From Thermoplasmatota archaeon (GTDB lineage Archaea > Thermoplasmatota > E2 > DHVEG-1): a stretch of DNA of 49,421 nucleotides. Under the pieces are notes generated by a model. That model had not been told where the DNA came from. It ran no database searches and was given only the letters and a program-made list of their open reading frames with translations. The stretch covers positions 1-49,421 of the forward strand of contig JAFGPP010000117.1 of NCBI GenBank assembly GCA_016936135.1, in the 5' to 3' direction. The position numbers were made by a program, and so were the translations under genes. Shown here piece by piece: positions 34,617-44,364 of the stretch. Positions within the stretch are counted from its first letter, which is position 1. Each line of letters opens with the position of its first letter.

Positions 34617-37196
34617 ATGAACTTTAAAAGAAAATTTGTTTGTTTGACAAGTGTATTTCTGATAATCTCTTGTCCATTTTCATCTTTCTCAATTGCTAGT
34701 CCCATTGATACTGCATATATAAAAGATAGTTCTTTTGATGATATTCAAGGAGCACACCGATACAATGTTCAGGGATGGGTATACGTTTACATCGAAGGAG
34801 ATCCATATGAGAGGGGATATCAATACGGAAAATTAGCCCCAAACGAAATTGTAGATTTAATGAATCGCTGGAGCAATATGATTCATAATCATCCAATATT
34901 AAAACCTCTAAATGGTATTTTATCTAAAGACAACTATCAGAAAATATCTGATATATGGTGGAATTTTTGTAAAAAGAATATTGTTGAAATATACTGGGAT
35001 AAATTTCCTGAAGAATACCAAAATGAAATAAAAGGAATTGCAGCCGGTGTTAACAGTGAAGATGGTAAATTTCATGGGCGAAGCATAGATTACCAGGATG
35101 TCTTGGTCTCAAATATGATGTATGAATTTTTATCAAAATTAACTTATCATCGATTAGCAAAGGGCTTTCATCCCTTGCTTACACTTTTTAAATATTTACA
35201 GGAAGAAATATCTTCTCTAAAAAATATCTCGCCCCTAACTTTTATTTTGGACTTTGTTGACCAACCCATTCATCATAAATGTAATGGATTTATTGCAACG
35301 GGTGATGCAACAACCAATGGTCAAATCGTAATGTCAAATTCAATGTGGAGTACTGGCAATGGTGTCGGTGCATGGTGGTGGTCATACTACATAACTTTTC
35401 GATGGAACATTGTACTTGATGTAAATCCTTCCACAGGCCATAGATTTCAGATGGCTACAGCCCCAGGATATATATGGAGTGACCACGATTATTATCAAAA
35501 CCAGGAAGGAATACTATTTTTGGAAACTACCAATCAACAAGGCATATGGGACAACATCGGCCGACCACTGGCTGTAAGGGCCAGACTTGCCGTCCAATAC
35601 AGCGAAAATATTGACGATGTTATGTATTATCTAAAGTACCTCAACGATGGTTGCATGAATGCAGTATGGCTAATAGGAGATACAAAAACAGGGGAAATTG
35701 CTAGGTTTGAGCTTGGTTATAGAAATTCTTGGTGCAATAGAACATTTAACGGTTTCCATTGGTCAGCAAATAACCCGATGGATTTCAAAGTTAGACTTGA
35801 AAAAATTCATTTCAGAGATATTATAATCGATGCTCTAAGTTATTATCTATTCCATAAAGGTACACGTGTTTACAGTTTTCCAAAATATCGGCCTTCCAAT
35901 AGAGACAGGGCATTTGAAGAATTGGGAAATAAGTACTATGGAGAAATCGACATTGATATTGTAAAACAAATAATGTCTACAAAACCAATGTCTCCCTGGT
36001 CACCTGATTGTAAACTTTCTGACACTAATCTTGTTAACGAAAACGGATTGTGGGTTCTAATAGGCAACCCAGAGGGAAAGGTAATGCAGTTTGAAAACTT
36101 GGATTACCCAAAGATTTCTGTTGAAAATGTTCCCCCTGCTGGATGGTTAAGAATATTCGGATTGCCAACCAACTGTAAACAAATTTTGAAAACAACGCAT
36201 GAAGAACTGGGGATAAATCCGGTTATCCAGTGGACTTATGCAACCTCATCCGACAATAACGAATTCTATTCGTCCTCTTTAATAGACAACAATATTATTT
36301 ACGTTACAACATCGCCAGGTGAACTTCTGGCTCTTAATCTTGATGACGGTTCTTTAATTATGAATATTTCACTCAGCAAGAATCCCACAGTTCCGGTAAT
36401 TTCTGAAGATAAATTATTTTTAGGAACATCAACTGGTTTGACAATTTTAGATCTAAACTGGATGACTAAGGGAGAAAAAACAATTGGTAAGATTTGCTCA
36501 AAGGCAATTGTTTCAGAAGGAAAAGTAATAGTTGGAAACGAGAATGGAGAATTATTTGCATTCGACATTGACACGGGAAATATTTTATGGCAATCAAATT
36601 TTCCTTTTGAAATATATATATCAGAGCCTTGGAATTCTTATATATTTGTCTGCTCTGGGAAAAATTGCTATAAAGTAAATATTGAAACAGGTATTACGGA
36701 ATGGTTATTTGAAACGGGTGGAATGGTCACCTCTTGCCCACAGGTATTCAACGATAATGTTTACTTTGGGTCATGGGATTCACATCTTTACAAAATAAGT
36801 GCAGAAAGCGGAATACTCAAATGGAAATACGAAACCGGGTGGGGGATTGAAACTACACCTGTTGTTGACAATGGCAATGTATTTTTTGGATCGCACGACA
36901 ATAATTTTTATTCAATATACGACAATAATGGAAGTCTTTGCTGGATTTTTTCATGTTTTTCCGCAATTCAATCTTCACCAGCGGTAAGTGATGACAATGT
37001 AATATTTGGATGTGATGATGGAGGAGTATACTGTCTTAATAAATCAAACAGTGATTTAAAATGGGCGTTTTTTCCTGGCTACAGAATGCAAGGCACAAAA
37101 AATTATCTCACCACTCCTATTATCTCAGATCCTATTGTTAAAGATAATGTTGTCTACATTGGGTCCATAGGAAATATCTATTCAATTTTCGTTTAA
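34617..37196 (+). CDS. Secreted Ntn-hydrolase-like (peptidase C45 / phospholipase B-like) domain fused to a PQQ-like beta-propeller
   Basis: 859 aa with a signal peptide. N-domain has GDPYERGYQYG and a candidate nucleophile context HHKCNGFIATGDATTNGQIVMSNSMW. The C-terminal ~320 aa carry repeats such as GELFAFDIDTGNILW, HLYKISAESGILKW and GGVYCLNKSNSDLKW. Confidence 0.6.
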   Translation: MNFKRKFVCLTSVFLIISCPFSSFSIASPIDTAYIKDSSFDDIQGAHRYNVQGWVYVYIEGDPYERGYQYGKLAPNEIVDLMNRWSNMIHNHPILKPLNGILSKDNYQKISDIWWNFCKKNIVEIYWDKFPEEYQNEIKGIAAGVNSEDGKFHGRSIDYQDVLVSNMMYEFLSKLTYHRLAKGFHPLLTLFKYLQEEISSLKNISPLTFILDFVDQPIHHKCNGFIATGDATTNGQIVMSNSMWSTGNGVGAWWWSYYITFRWNIVLDVNPSTGHRFQMATAPGYIWSDHDYYQNQEGILFLETTNQQGIWDNIGRPLAVRARLAVQYSENIDDVMYYLKYLNDGCMNAVWLIGDTKTGEIARFELGYRNSWCNRTFNGFHWSANNPMDFKVRLEKIHFRDIIIDALSYYLFHKGTRVYSFPKYRPSNRDRAFEELGNKYYGEIDIDIVKQIMSTKPMSPWSPDCKLSDTNLVNENGLWVLIGNPEGKVMQFENLDYPKISVENVPPAGWLRIFGLPTNCKQILKTTHEELGINPVIQWTYATSSDNNEFYSSSLIDNNIIYVTTSPGELLALNLDDGSLIMNISLSKNPTVPVISEDKLFLGTSTGLTILDLNWMTKGEKTIGKICSKAIVSEGKVIVGNENGELFAFDIDTGNILWQSNFPFEIYISEPWNSYIFVCSGKNCYKVNIETGITEWLFETGGMVTSCPQVFNDNVYFGSWDSHLYKISAESGILKWKYETGWGIETTPVVDNGNVFFGSHDNNFYSIYDNNGSLCWIFSCFSAIQSSPAVSDDNVIFGCDDGGVYCLNKSNSDLKWAFFPGYRMQGTKNYLTTPIISDPIVKDNVVYIGSIGNIYSIFV

Positions 37197-37202
37197 ATTC
37201 AT

Positions 37203-39284
37203 TTATTGCAGATTAGAAGAACAAAAGGAATCATCCATCTTAAAAGCCAGTATTGGAAATTTATCTTTTAATCTTTGAATTGTGGTTTTCAATATTGTTT
37301 TTGATGGGGCTGTGCTCTGTGTAACTTTTATTTCAAGTATCTCAGACCATCCTAGACTTTGCAAACCTGTTAAATCCTTTGCTTTAACCCTTACATTGTA
37401 TTCTCCTTCTTGTAACCATGTATGCTCCAAATTTACATTTTCCCCAGATTCAAAAGGTCCCATCCATCCGCTACTTGTCCCATCATCCCAATCAAACAAA
37501 ATATAAACTGAATCTCCATCGGGGTCATTTGTAAAAGTTCTATATGAACAAGTTTCCTGTTTTAAACAAAGATTATTTCCTTCTGGCAAAGCAGGTGTAA
37601 CTGGTGGGTTGTTCTGCATAATTTGATTTGGAACTGGAAGAATTATGCAAGAAGGATGCTCGCTGTCCATATATAAAATATTTTGAGCAACATTGTAAGT
37701 TGTATTACCATAAATTGGATCTTGGGTATTTGGGTTATTTAAAAATCTAGGATAATTTGACGAAGATACGTCAACTCTCACCCTGTGGCCCGTATTCCAA
37801 ATATATGACGTGCTCCATAAATCTACAATAACTTCGTAAATCTCGCCTGGTTGCATGAATTCCCAGTGATCAAAACCGTTGCGGTTTCTCATGCGAATAA
37901 TTCCATCAGTAATCAACATAGATCTTCCATCAGGATATACATCTGTGAGTTTAACAGTAAAATCAGTGTCAAAACAGTCTGATGAAACATAAAGTCGTGC
38001 GTTTATTGGGCCAGTTGCCTCAAATGGTTCTTGTAAAATATCGCTTGTAAATACAAGCACATCATTTCTGTCTTCCACAGGTCTTTGATCATAAGGACCT
38101 TTTGGCAAAACTAAATTTTGTCCCCCAAGTGTTGGAACAGGATCGGTTGGATCGTATAAATAAGAAAGTGGGGAATATTCACCTGGATAAGATGTACTAA
38201 GCACACCATTGTCGTGGAAATAGCATTCTAATTTAGTATGTGGTATCGGCCAGTCATCAGCTGTTCGCCACTCATTTCCTGGGGCATCAATGTCATCAAC
38301 ATCACCCATAACATAGTACGAAACCGCAGGTCTGTTATCAAAATCTTTTGGACCATCCAAGCAATATTGGTTAATCATTTCCACAAACATTTCCCCAGCA
38401 GTAGTATAATCTGCATTTTCTGGATATACTAGTTCGCCTACATGCCTATTCAAACCGTGAGACCAAGGACCCATTATCAACTTAGATTTACCTAGAGAAC
38501 TGGGACCGCCGAGATATTGATAACCCATAAATCCATCGATAATTCCTTGTTCAAAGCAGTCGTACCATCCACCCAAGTGAATCGCAGGAACATTGACACT
38601 TTCCCAGTTGTCTTCAAGGGATGTGTTAGTCCAGAAATCAAGGCTATAGTTTTCATTGACCCACAATTCAGGTAAAATAAATAAGCTTCCTTGCCCCCCT
38701 AGCCATTCCTCAACTAAGTATTTTCTGAATTCTCCCCCTTGGTACACGGCATGTTTATACAAATTGGGAGTGGCTACGCTAATATATTGACAAGCAAGAT
38801 TTGATGGATTTGCACCGGCCATGTAGTACTGATTTATCCCAAGAGCGGAACCTCCAAAGGTAGCAATTTTACCGTTAGACCAACTTTGTTGGGCAATCCA
38901 AGCAAGGGTGTCCGGTCCATCCGTGTGGGCATTTCTGAAGACTGTGTCAATGCCTTCTGAGGAAAAGCGGCCCCTCATATCTTGAATTACTGCAGGCCAT
39001 CCATCACTTGCAATATTGATTCCAATAGCACTTGCCTCATTTTTATTGTATGGAGTTCTTATCAGGATTGCGCCATGTGCTGAATTTAGGTTTTTTGGCA
39101 AATAAACATCCGTTGCAAGATGAATTCCATCCCTCATCTCAACCATATATTCGGTAGGTTGAATACATCCAGAAAACATTACAAAAGTACATGTAATGAT
39201 AAAAAGTAAAACAACTAATTTACGTATTTTTCCTTTTTCATAATTAATCAGCCTTGATTTCCCCTCATTATAATTCATAGCCAA
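37203..39284 (-). CDS. CocE/NonD (X-Pro dipeptidyl-peptidase S15) family hydrolase with C-terminal PKD-like domain; probable lipoprotein
   Basis: 693 aa. MRDGIHLATDVYLP, a GGSALG nucleophile elbow and a lipobox-like VMFSGC after the N-terminal TM. C-terminus is DPDGDSVYILFDWDDG...YNVRVKAKD. Confidence 0.75.
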   Translation of the reverse strand: MAMNYNEGKSRLINYEKGKIRKLVVLLFIITCTFVMFSGCIQPTEYMVEMRDGIHLATDVYLPKNLNSAHGAILIRTPYNKNEASAIGINIASDGWPAVIQDMRGRFSSEGIDTVFRNAHTDGPDTLAWIAQQSWSNGKIATFGGSALGINQYYMAGANPSNLACQYISVATPNLYKHAVYQGGEFRKYLVEEWLGGQGSLFILPELWVNENYSLDFWTNTSLEDNWESVNVPAIHLGGWYDCFEQGIIDGFMGYQYLGGPSSLGKSKLIMGPWSHGLNRHVGELVYPENADYTTAGEMFVEMINQYCLDGPKDFDNRPAVSYYVMGDVDDIDAPGNEWRTADDWPIPHTKLECYFHDNGVLSTSYPGEYSPLSYLYDPTDPVPTLGGQNLVLPKGPYDQRPVEDRNDVLVFTSDILQEPFEATGPINARLYVSSDCFDTDFTVKLTDVYPDGRSMLITDGIIRMRNRNGFDHWEFMQPGEIYEVIVDLWSTSYIWNTGHRVRVDVSSSNYPRFLNNPNTQDPIYGNTTYNVAQNILYMDSEHPSCIILPVPNQIMQNNPPVTPALPEGNNLCLKQETCSYRTFTNDPDGDSVYILFDWDDGTSSGWMGPFESGENVNLEHTWLQEGEYNVRVKAKDLTGLQSLGWSEILEIKVTQSTAPSKTILKTTIQRLKDKFPILAFKMDDSFCSSNLQ

Positions 39285-39657
39285 TCTATAGTGATATTAC
39301 TTTAATAATTTATCATTATGATTACGGCATTTTCTAAATATTCAGATGAAAATCTATTAGCTAGTTTGAAACATTTTATTATGGTTTAAAAATCAGTTTT
39401 TAATTATAGTTATTTTTTCAAAAAAAGAAAATATTTGTTATTTTAAAGTAAGGATATTTCCACTCGTCATCATCCTCATCATCTGGCTCATCATCATATG
39501 GACCCAAAGTATCTTTTCTCATTTTTCACCTCATTAAATGAATTAACAATAATCAAGAAAAACTATTTTAAATTATCTTGTCTTGAAAATTTACATAAAT
39601 AATTGCGGAAATACTGGTATCTAAGGGAAAAATTAAAATATCGAGGTATTCCAGATT

Positions 39658-40209
39658 TTAAATTTCTAAATCATTTACAAGATTTGTGTACTTCTCATGA
39701 ATCATTTTCCGGTCAAAATCCCAGAACTTCTCAAGCATGTTTTCTTGCTCCTCTTTATTAAAATATTCCATAATCGGGTAGAAAAATGCCTCATCTTCTG
39801 TATAAATGTGTCTTGGATACAGTGCAACAAGATTTTCCAAATTAGACACAATCTCTTTTATAGATCTTTTGTTGCCGTTTGCAACACTAACATTAGCGTC
39901 GTTGAGTGCACCAACTGTTTTTCTGGCAACCACATGGTCCTCGACTAATTTGTTCATTATTTTTTTATGTTCTGAAGAAAGCTCTTTCTTGGCAAGTTCT
40001 CTAAAAAGGATATCCTCTTCTTTCCCATGATGAGTTCTATCAGCATATGTTTTGAAAAAATCTATTCCAACCAAAATAAGATTTGTATCTATCTTGTCAG
40101 TCTCCTTAATTTTTACTACTTCTTTCTCCAATATTTTGACCATACGTTCAATTAGTCTATGTTCCCACATTAACGGACCAATGAGTTTCATAATATTTTC
40201 CACCAACAA
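39658..40209 (-). CDS. Hemerythrin-like domain protein
   Basis: 183 aa with HHGKEEDILF and HIYTEDEAFFYP, the metal-ligand patterns of hemerythrin/HHE domains. Confidence 0.75.
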   Translation of the reverse strand: MLVENIMKLIGPLMWEHRLIERMVKILEKEVVKIKETDKIDTNLILVGIDFFKTYADRTHHGKEEDILFRELAKKELSSEHKKIMNKLVEDHVVARKTVGALNDANVSVANGNKRSIKEIVSNLENLVALYPRHIYTEDEAFFYPIMEYFNKEEQENMLEKFWDFDRKMIHEKYTNLVNDLEI

Positions 40210-40457
40210 TTTGTAAATTCATATAAAATTAAATAGTTACCGTTAGAATTAAACATTTAATATAATTCCCCCTCCACGGAATAACCTTTAGCAACAATAA
40301 ATCACCATAGCATAAAAGCAGTTTCTAATCAAAATTGTACAAATAAAAACTATTCAAATATACTATTTTAATTTCGAACAAAAAATATATAGAAAGTATT
40401 TAGTCATTTCTTTATCTATCGTTATCATTGTATTAAAAATTGGAAGGAGTTATCAAA

Positions 40458-40622
40458 ATGAACTTAAAAGACGAGACTGTTTTGTCAATAGGCATGTTCT
40501 CTCTTACCTTCGGAATATTTATTGGACGTTTTACTTATTTTGAGTATTCTGGTTTTTCAATTTCTGATTTCATAGAGGGTGTTTTGTATGGTCTATCCCT
40601 AGTTATGAATCTTTTTATTTAA
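40458..40622 (+). CDS. Small membrane protein (54 aa)
   Basis: ATG at 40458 follows GGAAGGAG; the track ORF starts at TTG 40440. Two hydrophobic segments; no family recognised. Confidence 0.35.
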   Translation: MNLKDETVLSIGMFSLTFGIFIGRFTYFEYSGFSISDFIEGVLYGLSLVMNLFI

Positions 40623-40870
40623 TTAAAAAATCAAAGAAATTGAAAAACATATCTTGATCTAATTCCTCGAGGTATCTCTTCTTTTTTATTTTGATTTTTA
40701 GTGATATAATTTTACCTTCTCGATAGTTTTGATGATGAAAAGCCTCGTTACAAAACCAAAAAGGGGAAATACGGAATCAGATTTAACCTTATAGTTAAAC
40801 GCAGGGGAAATATTTTACCACCACAATATGCAAGACGGTAATGGAACAAATAATTATTATGCATGCACTA

Positions 40871-41146
40871 TTAACTGTTTGCAATTGCTAATTTTTTAGG
40901 CTTAAAAATAACATTTAAAATCAGCATGAGAATAGATGAAATAACGGATGTTAATAGAACTAGAGATGCGCCAATACCAAGAAAAATAGGACCGACGATT
41001 CCACTGACATTTGCAGATATAATCAATGAGATTTCTCCCCGAGGCCCCGTTGCTAATCCGCAGAGAAGTGCTATTTTAAAAGGAACCTTAAAACGCATCA
41101 ATATAAATGTAAATATCAATCCTTTTGAAAAAATAGCGATGATCAA
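40871..41146 (-). pseudogene. Truncated cation:proton antiporter (CPA) C-terminal fragment
   Basis: 91 aa covering only the last 2-3 TM helices of a Na+/H+-exchanger fold (LCGLATGPRGEISLIIS). Directly downstream of an intact CPA2 gene on the same strand. Confidence 0.45.
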
Positions 41147-41330
41147 ATTTTTACATTAAATTGCATTTATAAATAAATATTTTAGACTAACAAAATCTTA
41201 TGATGAAATGTAATTTTTGTTTATGTAGCTTTCTTGAAAAGATAAAAAAGTCATAGGGTTAACCATCAGTTCAGTTAACTTCGTAAGAAGAATTGGCGAT
41301 TTACTTACTCAAAAAAAGAGTCCAAAAAAG

Positions 41331-42971
41331 CTATGTTCCAGATGATACCCAAGATACCTGCTTAATTAATCTTCTATAATATTTTATAACAAGATAACAG
41401 AACAAAATGCCGATTAAAACTCCCAAAATCGCAACAAGTTTCTCCGGTTCAGTTGCATGGCTCAAATTTTGGATTTCTAAACCACAGATTATAAAAGTGA
41501 ATGCTCCCACGAGATAATAAAGGAGTTTGTCCTGTTTTTCCTTTTTTTTCTTTAATTGTTGGGTAGAGATGGACGATGTTTTCTTTTCGATACTATAATG
41601 CTTATTACAGCTATCGCAATACCAGATGTTTTCCTTAAGAGTCAATCTCAGTGGAGAAACGCAGTTTGGACAACAAGGAAGACTGCATGATTTTAGTTTA
41701 GTTTTTCCAAGAATTTTCTGGAATGGAGAATTTATACTTCGTTTGAGCAATGGTGGTGTGATAAGACAGCTTGTTATAATCAAGAGAAGTGTTGCAGTTC
41801 GTATTTGATTTGCTAAGAGACCCTGCGCATCCCCAAACATACCTCTATCGATCCCTGTCGTAATAATGATAAGTGCCACTCCCATAATTGGCATCATACC
41901 AATACCGACACTCATGGAGTCTCTCCTTTTTAGTCCTGACAATCTCGCTCCAAGTGTTCCTCCAAGGAAATTACCCAGAAGTGCAAAAGAAACAAACACT
42001 ATGATGAACAAGATAAAAATTTCTAACTGCCCTGAATGAATAATATATAAAAAGTCAAAGCTTGAACCAACCCAGACAAAAAAAAGAGGAATAAAAAAGA
42101 TGTAGCCAATGGTCTTTATATGTTCCAAGATAAAACTGGCCTGTGGTGTTTTACCCACGAATAAGCCTGCGATGAACGCACCAATAATCGCAGTAAGTCC
42201 CATATTCTCAGCAAATAACGAAAATAAAAAGCAAATCATCAATGCTGATGTAATAAGAATCATTGGTGTCTTTCTCGATGTTTTTTTCTTTGCAGTATAT
42301 CGTAGCATGACATATCCTAAACCTATCGTGAGTACGAAAAACAAAAATATTTGCATAAACAATAATAGGAAAGAATTATTTGTACCAAATACCGCAGCAA
42401 AAATAAGTATCGCAAGAATATCATTGAGAACAATTGCTGAGCGTAATGTTAATCCAACTCGTGTTGAAAGGACATCCAGGTCAGTAAAAATACGTATGGT
42501 AATCGTTGCTGACGTGGCATTAAAAATTGCCCCTAAAGCCATACTCTGCAATATGGTCATACGGAAAATTAGACCAACGAGACATCCAAATAAAAATGGA
42601 ACAATGACAGCAAAAATACCTACAAAAAAACCTGCTTTCTTTACCTTTTTTAAATCATCAACCCTGGTTTCCAACCCAACGATAAACAACAAAAAAATCG
42701 CACCAATGAGTGCAATTTCCTTAAACTCAGGGGTCGTGAGATCAAACTGAAAAAAATAAGATTTGACATTGAAAAAATTAAAAGACATTCCAGACAACAT
42801 ACCTACACAACAAGGACCAAGCAGAATGCCCGCAAATATCTCTCCGATAACACCGGGTTGTTTTAACTTTTGAAAAAATAAATTAAAAATTTTTGCGACA
42901 ATAATTGCTATGGTTATTTCAAGCAACATTAGAGCATCCCAATTCCTTAAAAAAGGAATAGCTACCAACAT
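41331..42971 (-). CDS. CPA2-type cation:proton antiporter with C-terminal zinc ribbon and extra TM pair
   Basis: 546 aa. N-terminal KQPGVIGEIFAGILLGP and about 11-12 TM helices, then CPNC...CDSC, a K-rich linker and two further hydrophobic helices. No RCK/KTN domain. Confidence 0.8.
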   Translation of the reverse strand: MLVAIPFLRNWDALMLLEITIAIIVAKIFNLFFQKLKQPGVIGEIFAGILLGPCCVGMLSGMSFNFFNVKSYFFQFDLTTPEFKEIALIGAIFLLFIVGLETRVDDLKKVKKAGFFVGIFAVIVPFLFGCLVGLIFRMTILQSMALGAIFNATSATITIRIFTDLDVLSTRVGLTLRSAIVLNDILAILIFAAVFGTNNSFLLLFMQIFLFFVLTIGLGYVMLRYTAKKKTSRKTPMILITSALMICFLFSLFAENMGLTAIIGAFIAGLFVGKTPQASFILEHIKTIGYIFFIPLFFVWVGSSFDFLYIIHSGQLEIFILFIIVFVSFALLGNFLGGTLGARLSGLKRRDSMSVGIGMMPIMGVALIIITTGIDRGMFGDAQGLLANQIRTATLLLIITSCLITPPLLKRSINSPFQKILGKTKLKSCSLPCCPNCVSPLRLTLKENIWYCDSCNKHYSIEKKTSSISTQQLKKKKEKQDKLLYYLVGAFTFIICGLEIQNLSHATEPEKLVAILGVLIGILFCYLVIKYYRRLIKQVSWVSSGT

Positions 42972-43492
42972 ATTTAATGCTTAATATGTTGATGCATAGT
43001 TACCTGCACAATTAGTGGCCAAGAAAATAGGAAATGTTTTTGCTAAATTGTATTGGATAAAAAATAATATTTGAATATAGTTTTACCAGTATTCATCTTC
43101 CCAAAATACATCGGGGACTTAAAATTTCTGAATAGTTACCATATGAGTTATGCAGCTGGAACTATTGCGAGAGTGAAAAGGATAATAAAGATAGAAACCA
43201 GCACTTTTTTATTTATTCCATTTTCGTTTACAAAATAATTTTTAATTATATCCATCATCTATCAACCAACCTCCTAACTTATTATACCATGACAATATTT
43301 ATCAATACTAATATTTAAAGATATTTTAGCAAAATTACAATTTGATAAAACGACTGGGAATAATTACACGGAAGGGCAGGTCTTTTTTCTCAGATTTCAA
43401 GTTAAGCGGTCATTGATTAGATAAAATATTATATTTGCTAACTATAAAATCATTTATAAATTATTTAGTATTACCAACTTTTCAGATAAAGT

Positions 43493-43912
43493 GTGGAGGG
43501 AAAAAAATTGAAATTAAATGATAAGAGCGCTATGATTATTGCGATTGTTGCAGGTATACTTTTAATAATAGCGGGAGTTAGTGGTTTAGCAACATGGGAA
43601 ACAATTAAAGATTTTGTAACTACCCATGTTATTGATAATAATATAGTTCAGATAGTATTTGCCATTCTAATATTCATCGCATCATTAGGTGGAATTGCAG
43701 TCATTGCTGGTGGTTTATTATTAGGTAAAAATAAGGTTGGAACTGGTAAATTTCTTATTACTCTTGGTGCGGGACTTGGTTTAATTGGTTTAATATTTTC
43801 ATTTATCGTGGCTTATACAGAACAAAATCTTTCCCTAGGAAGTTTTTTATCGATAGGTACAATTGGATTAATTCTTTCAATCATAGCAAGAATTATTACA
43901 AAGAAAGAATAA
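43493..43912 (+). CDS. Hypothetical integral membrane protein (4 TM)
   Basis: 139 aa, G/I/L-rich helices. The start is ambiguous: GTG 43493, or TTG 43508 after GGAGGG. Confidence 0.55.
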   Translation: MEGKKLKLNDKSAMIIAIVAGILLIIAGVSGLATWETIKDFVTTHVIDNNIVQIVFAILIFIASLGGIAVIAGGLLLGKNKVGTGKFLITLGAGLGLIGLIFSFIVAYTEQNLSLGSFLSIGTIGLILSIIARIITKKE

Positions 43913-44083
43913 ACTTTACCACTTATTCAAAAAAATATGCCTTGAGACGAAATTTGGGCTAAAATTTACTGGCAAGAAATGCATAGGACGAGAATGAATT
44001 TCTAAATTCAAATCTTACATTTCTTTTTCTCTTCTAATAGATTAATAAAATTAGTTAATTTTCTAGTATTGGAAATATTGGTA

Positions 44084-44167
44084 TGCAGGGGACGAGATTT
44101 GAACTCGCGGACCACTAAGGACAAGACCCTCAATCTTGCGCCGTTGGCCAAGCTTGGCTACCCCTGC
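44084..44167 (-). tRNA. tRNA-Leu (anticodon GAG), type II with long variable arm
   Basis: Folded by hand, 84 nt. Acceptor GCAGGGG/CCCCTGC, anticodon arm CAAGA-TTGAGGG-TCTTG, T arm GCGAG-TTCAAAT-CTCGT. No encoded CCA. Confidence 0.9.
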
Positions 44168-44196
44168 AAAAAAAATATTTTTAGAATAACAATTCA

Positions 44197-44364
44197 TTAG
44201 AGTTCTATTGCGTTAGTTGGACATTCGTCAACACACGCCCCGCACTCAGTACATTTCTCCTCGTCGATAATTGCAATATCTTCAAGGGTAATAGCCTCAA
44301 CAGGACAAGCATCAACGCAAGTACCGCATGCTATACATTCATCTTTTTTGACTCTTGCAGCCAT
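44197..44364 (-). CDS. 2x[4Fe-4S] ferredoxin (55 aa), absent from the ORF track
   Basis: My manual translation: [55 protein letters not shown]. Two CxxCxxCxxxCP motifs. Confidence 0.85.
   Translation of the reverse strand: MAARVKKDECIACGTCVDACPVEAITLEDIAIIDEEKCTECGACVDECPTNAIEL

Noticed and set aside
40729-40785. Candidate C/D-box sRNA starting with GATGATGA
   Set aside because: No CTGA D or D' box lies at an appropriate distance on that strand, and there is no terminal pairing.
41205-41260. Second ATGATGA-containing stretch considered as a C/D-box sRNA
   Set aside because: Again there is no D box (CTGA). It only yields an 18-codon ORF.
42109-42750. 213-aa plus-strand ORF
   Set aside because: It is antisense to the CPA2 antiporter. 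Its composition mirrors the hydrophobic codons of the real gene, and it has no motifs.
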